From Marsupella aquatica (lineage: Eukaryota > Plantae > Marchantiophyta), in contig OZ316891.1 in NCBI GenBank assembly GCA_973895155.1, forward strand, positions 13,423,037 through 13,487,036: a DNA stretch of 64,000 nt. Direction: 5' to 3'. Below the pieces are notes generated by a model that saw nothing but the letters and a program-made list of their open reading frames with translations, was not told the origin of the DNA and searched no databases. Positions 61,474 through 64,000 of the stretch are shown one piece after another. Numbering within the stretch: position 1 is the stretch's first letter; each line of letters opens with the position of its first letter. A program made the position numbers and the translations under genes.

Positions 61474-64000
61474 TGAGATCGCCTTTCTCCTGGCATTCCC
61501 TTTTCAGTGTCTTCTCTGTGTTGATGTCTACGAGCTCCTGAGTTGTCTCTCAGCTTCGAGACTCGAGAGTAGCGTTAATCTGCTTTCTATTGTTGACAGT
61601 ACTAGACCCGACTACCCGTTCTTTGAACATGAATAGTGGGAAGGACAATAAAAATGTCACCAAAATATATCCTTATTCACATAGTTTGAAGGTTAATGAA
61701 ATGATAAAAAAATTATCATGCATATCATCATTTTAATAATCAGACATAACATACCATAGTACTCTTTTCTATGCACATCCCTAGTTTTTCTATCCTACAT
61801 CCCACTTATGCACATATAATATGGTGGGGCCATAGAAATCAGTTTTTAATATAAATAAAAATCATAACAAAAACCAGTCATGATTATCATTTGACATGAT
61901 ATATATCATACACATTAGTTTTCTCATCATTCTGCATGATGAGCCATAGAATTACTGTCTAGAGGCTTCATTTTAGAAGCTTGGGCGCCATGGAGTGGCT
62001 TCACTTTAGAAGCTTGGGCGCAGTGCGCCATGGAGTTGAGCCCAACTCTAGTTTGTAGTTGCAGATTTATAAGTAAGATACTTCAATCGAGAGAAGACAG
62101 GACCGGTGGATGTTTGGTGGACTTCCACCGTATCAGTCGCCTTCTACTGCTCTCCTCTAGCAAGAAGACCAATCAGCTTGGTGCAGAGCCCCTGTGTTCA
62201 CAAGTCCTGATACAGTTGAAGCCTGACCTCGTCAAGATCGGAAATATTATCAACAAACAAATCATTTCTGTACATCCTTATCTAAACGTTATTTGAAGGG
62301 AATCTCTGTACGACTTTTCCTAGACCATGCCGGCGGGTTGGCAACATCGATTTGGAATTGACTTTCGTTCGTAGTGACTCAAATTACTTACTTACGAATT
62401 GGGCGTGAGGTGCGTTCCAGTAAAAGCACGGAAGGGTGCACGAAGGTCACGCGAGCAAGACGAAGGGAGGCCCCTGCCTTCGGATGTACAATACACAGCG
62501 TCAAGAATCATTGGGCTTTCGCGAGTTCGCGTAGTGCCCTCTCCAATTTTCGAAGGTGGAGGGAAATTTGTTGTGGTGTGTTTTGGCGTGGCGTGTCGTG
62601 GTGTGGCGTGGTTTTGGTTTAGTTTGAGTTCTTATCCTAACGCATGCTGGCTCGCACTTGGTTTTGTCATCTCTTTCCACCTACGATGTATCTTTCTTCT
62701 GCAATTACAGTGCTTCCTGTCCGTCAGTCCGTCGATTGAATCCGCCTGTCTTGTCTACCTATCATGAATGACGGAGTCTGCTCTAGTTTCCAGTTCTGAC
62801 CAAACTTACCCCGCAATTCTGTACATTGCACGAATCTGGCAGGCACTTCAACAGCTGCACTTGCGTGGTATTGCACAAGAGTGCAGTCCATTAATTTCTT
62901 CTTCTTGCCTCGTCCGTGGTTGAATTCATGATTTTTTTGGATAGTGCTCTACCGACGAGTCTATTTTCACGACATAATTCTTTGCTCCTGGGTCTTGTGA
63001 GACGTCATACGCATCCTCCCGCAGCCATTAAGCAGGTAGGTGATCAACTCTCTCCTTTCTTCTACTGTAGATCACAGCCCAGCCCAGCCTTCTTGCAAGA
63101 GAAGCAGATTGTTAGCAATTCTCTGTCGTTAGCGGCCATCGGATTGAAAACAAGAGTTACGAACATCCTTGTAGATTTTAATTTCATCTAATGAAATTTA
63201 TTGCCGGTTTGCCTTACCGATTTGAGAATCTGGGGAATGCACGCAAGACTGCGTCTCCAATGCAGTAGACAGGGCAGTTCTGTTTTCCGGGTACTTCGAA
63301 TATTGGCAAGGCTACTTTCCGTCTTGTGAAGTCTCTTGGGACCTTCGTGTTTTCTAAGCTGAGCAAGTGGCGGTACCTCTCCGGCAACATCGTAACACTT
63401 TACAACTGTGCTTGACTGACCATGAGTCTCATTTCCTGAATGTCTAACAGCGAAAGACGACGATGGCGGTGTCGCAGACGAGTGCGAAATTCGGACTTGC
63501 TGTTCGAAAAAACTTTGTTGATGCGGTAAAGTTCTGTCTATTTCTTTTGTGGAAAAAACGAGCTCATAATACGAGGAGGTTTTTCTGTAATTGCCCACCT
63601 TGGATGTGGTAAATGGTTTTTGAGGTTGACCCATGTCGACAAAGTGGAGTATTTCCTCAATGGTGAACATGGAAACGTGCTAAGAGAGTTGATTTTGCCG
63701 TGCCTTTTTGCCATTGCTACATCAGGCTGATAAACATTGTCCATAATCAGTTCCTCTATATTGACGAAGAAACTTTCAGGTGGGCAACACACCCCTAATA
63801 CGCCTCACCAAGGTGTCGGAACTGACGGGCTGTGAGATTTATGGAAAGGTAAGCCAATCCTGAAGTTCTGCGACGGCAATTGCCCATAAAAATACTATAC
63901 TCGTTTTCACGCGTGCTCCTGAAAAATCTGGGAAGCAGTATGGGGCTAACATCGTTACTAAGTTGTCCTGTGTGATGAAAGAATTTGTGGAAGGTTTAAT

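Noticed and set aside
63188-63792. 160-aa and 84-aa minus-strand ORFs at the right edge
   Set aside because: No recognisable motif or consistent splice structure; may be UTR of a gene outside the window.

Overview
Eukaryotic, intron-rich plant DNA, most likely a bryophyte such as a liverwort (inferred from gene content and intron style, not proven). Four spliced host genes can be reconstructed by hand: the 5' end of a CCDC57-like coiled-coil gene (minus strand, runs off the left edge), an E6AP/HECTD2-type HECT E3 ligase (minus), an RNPC3/U11-U12-65K minor-spliceosome gene that appears to lack its first RRM (plus), and an ARABIDILLO F-box/LRR/ARM gene (minus). The main object is a 19,027-bp hAT DNA transposon (40268-59294) with TIRs CCCGGTTTGA and an exact 8-bp TSD TATATAAT. 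It carries a decayed transposase pointing inward from the right end. Pointing inward from the left end is an intronless cargo cassette: a protein kinase, a coiled-coil/RING-H2 protein, and a ~300-nt miRNA-precursor-like hairpin. The hairpin is only visible once a nested 7,969-bp chromovirus LTR retrotransposon is removed; that element has TSD GATCT and non-canonical AGT...ACT termini. The leaders at the two hAT ends share a repeated ~30-bp motif in mirror orientation. This copy is a pseudogenised fossil, so any function (anti-silencing or toxin-antidote) is a hypothesis. Several MITEs and local tandem repeats fill the intergenic space. All alignments and counts were done by eye.
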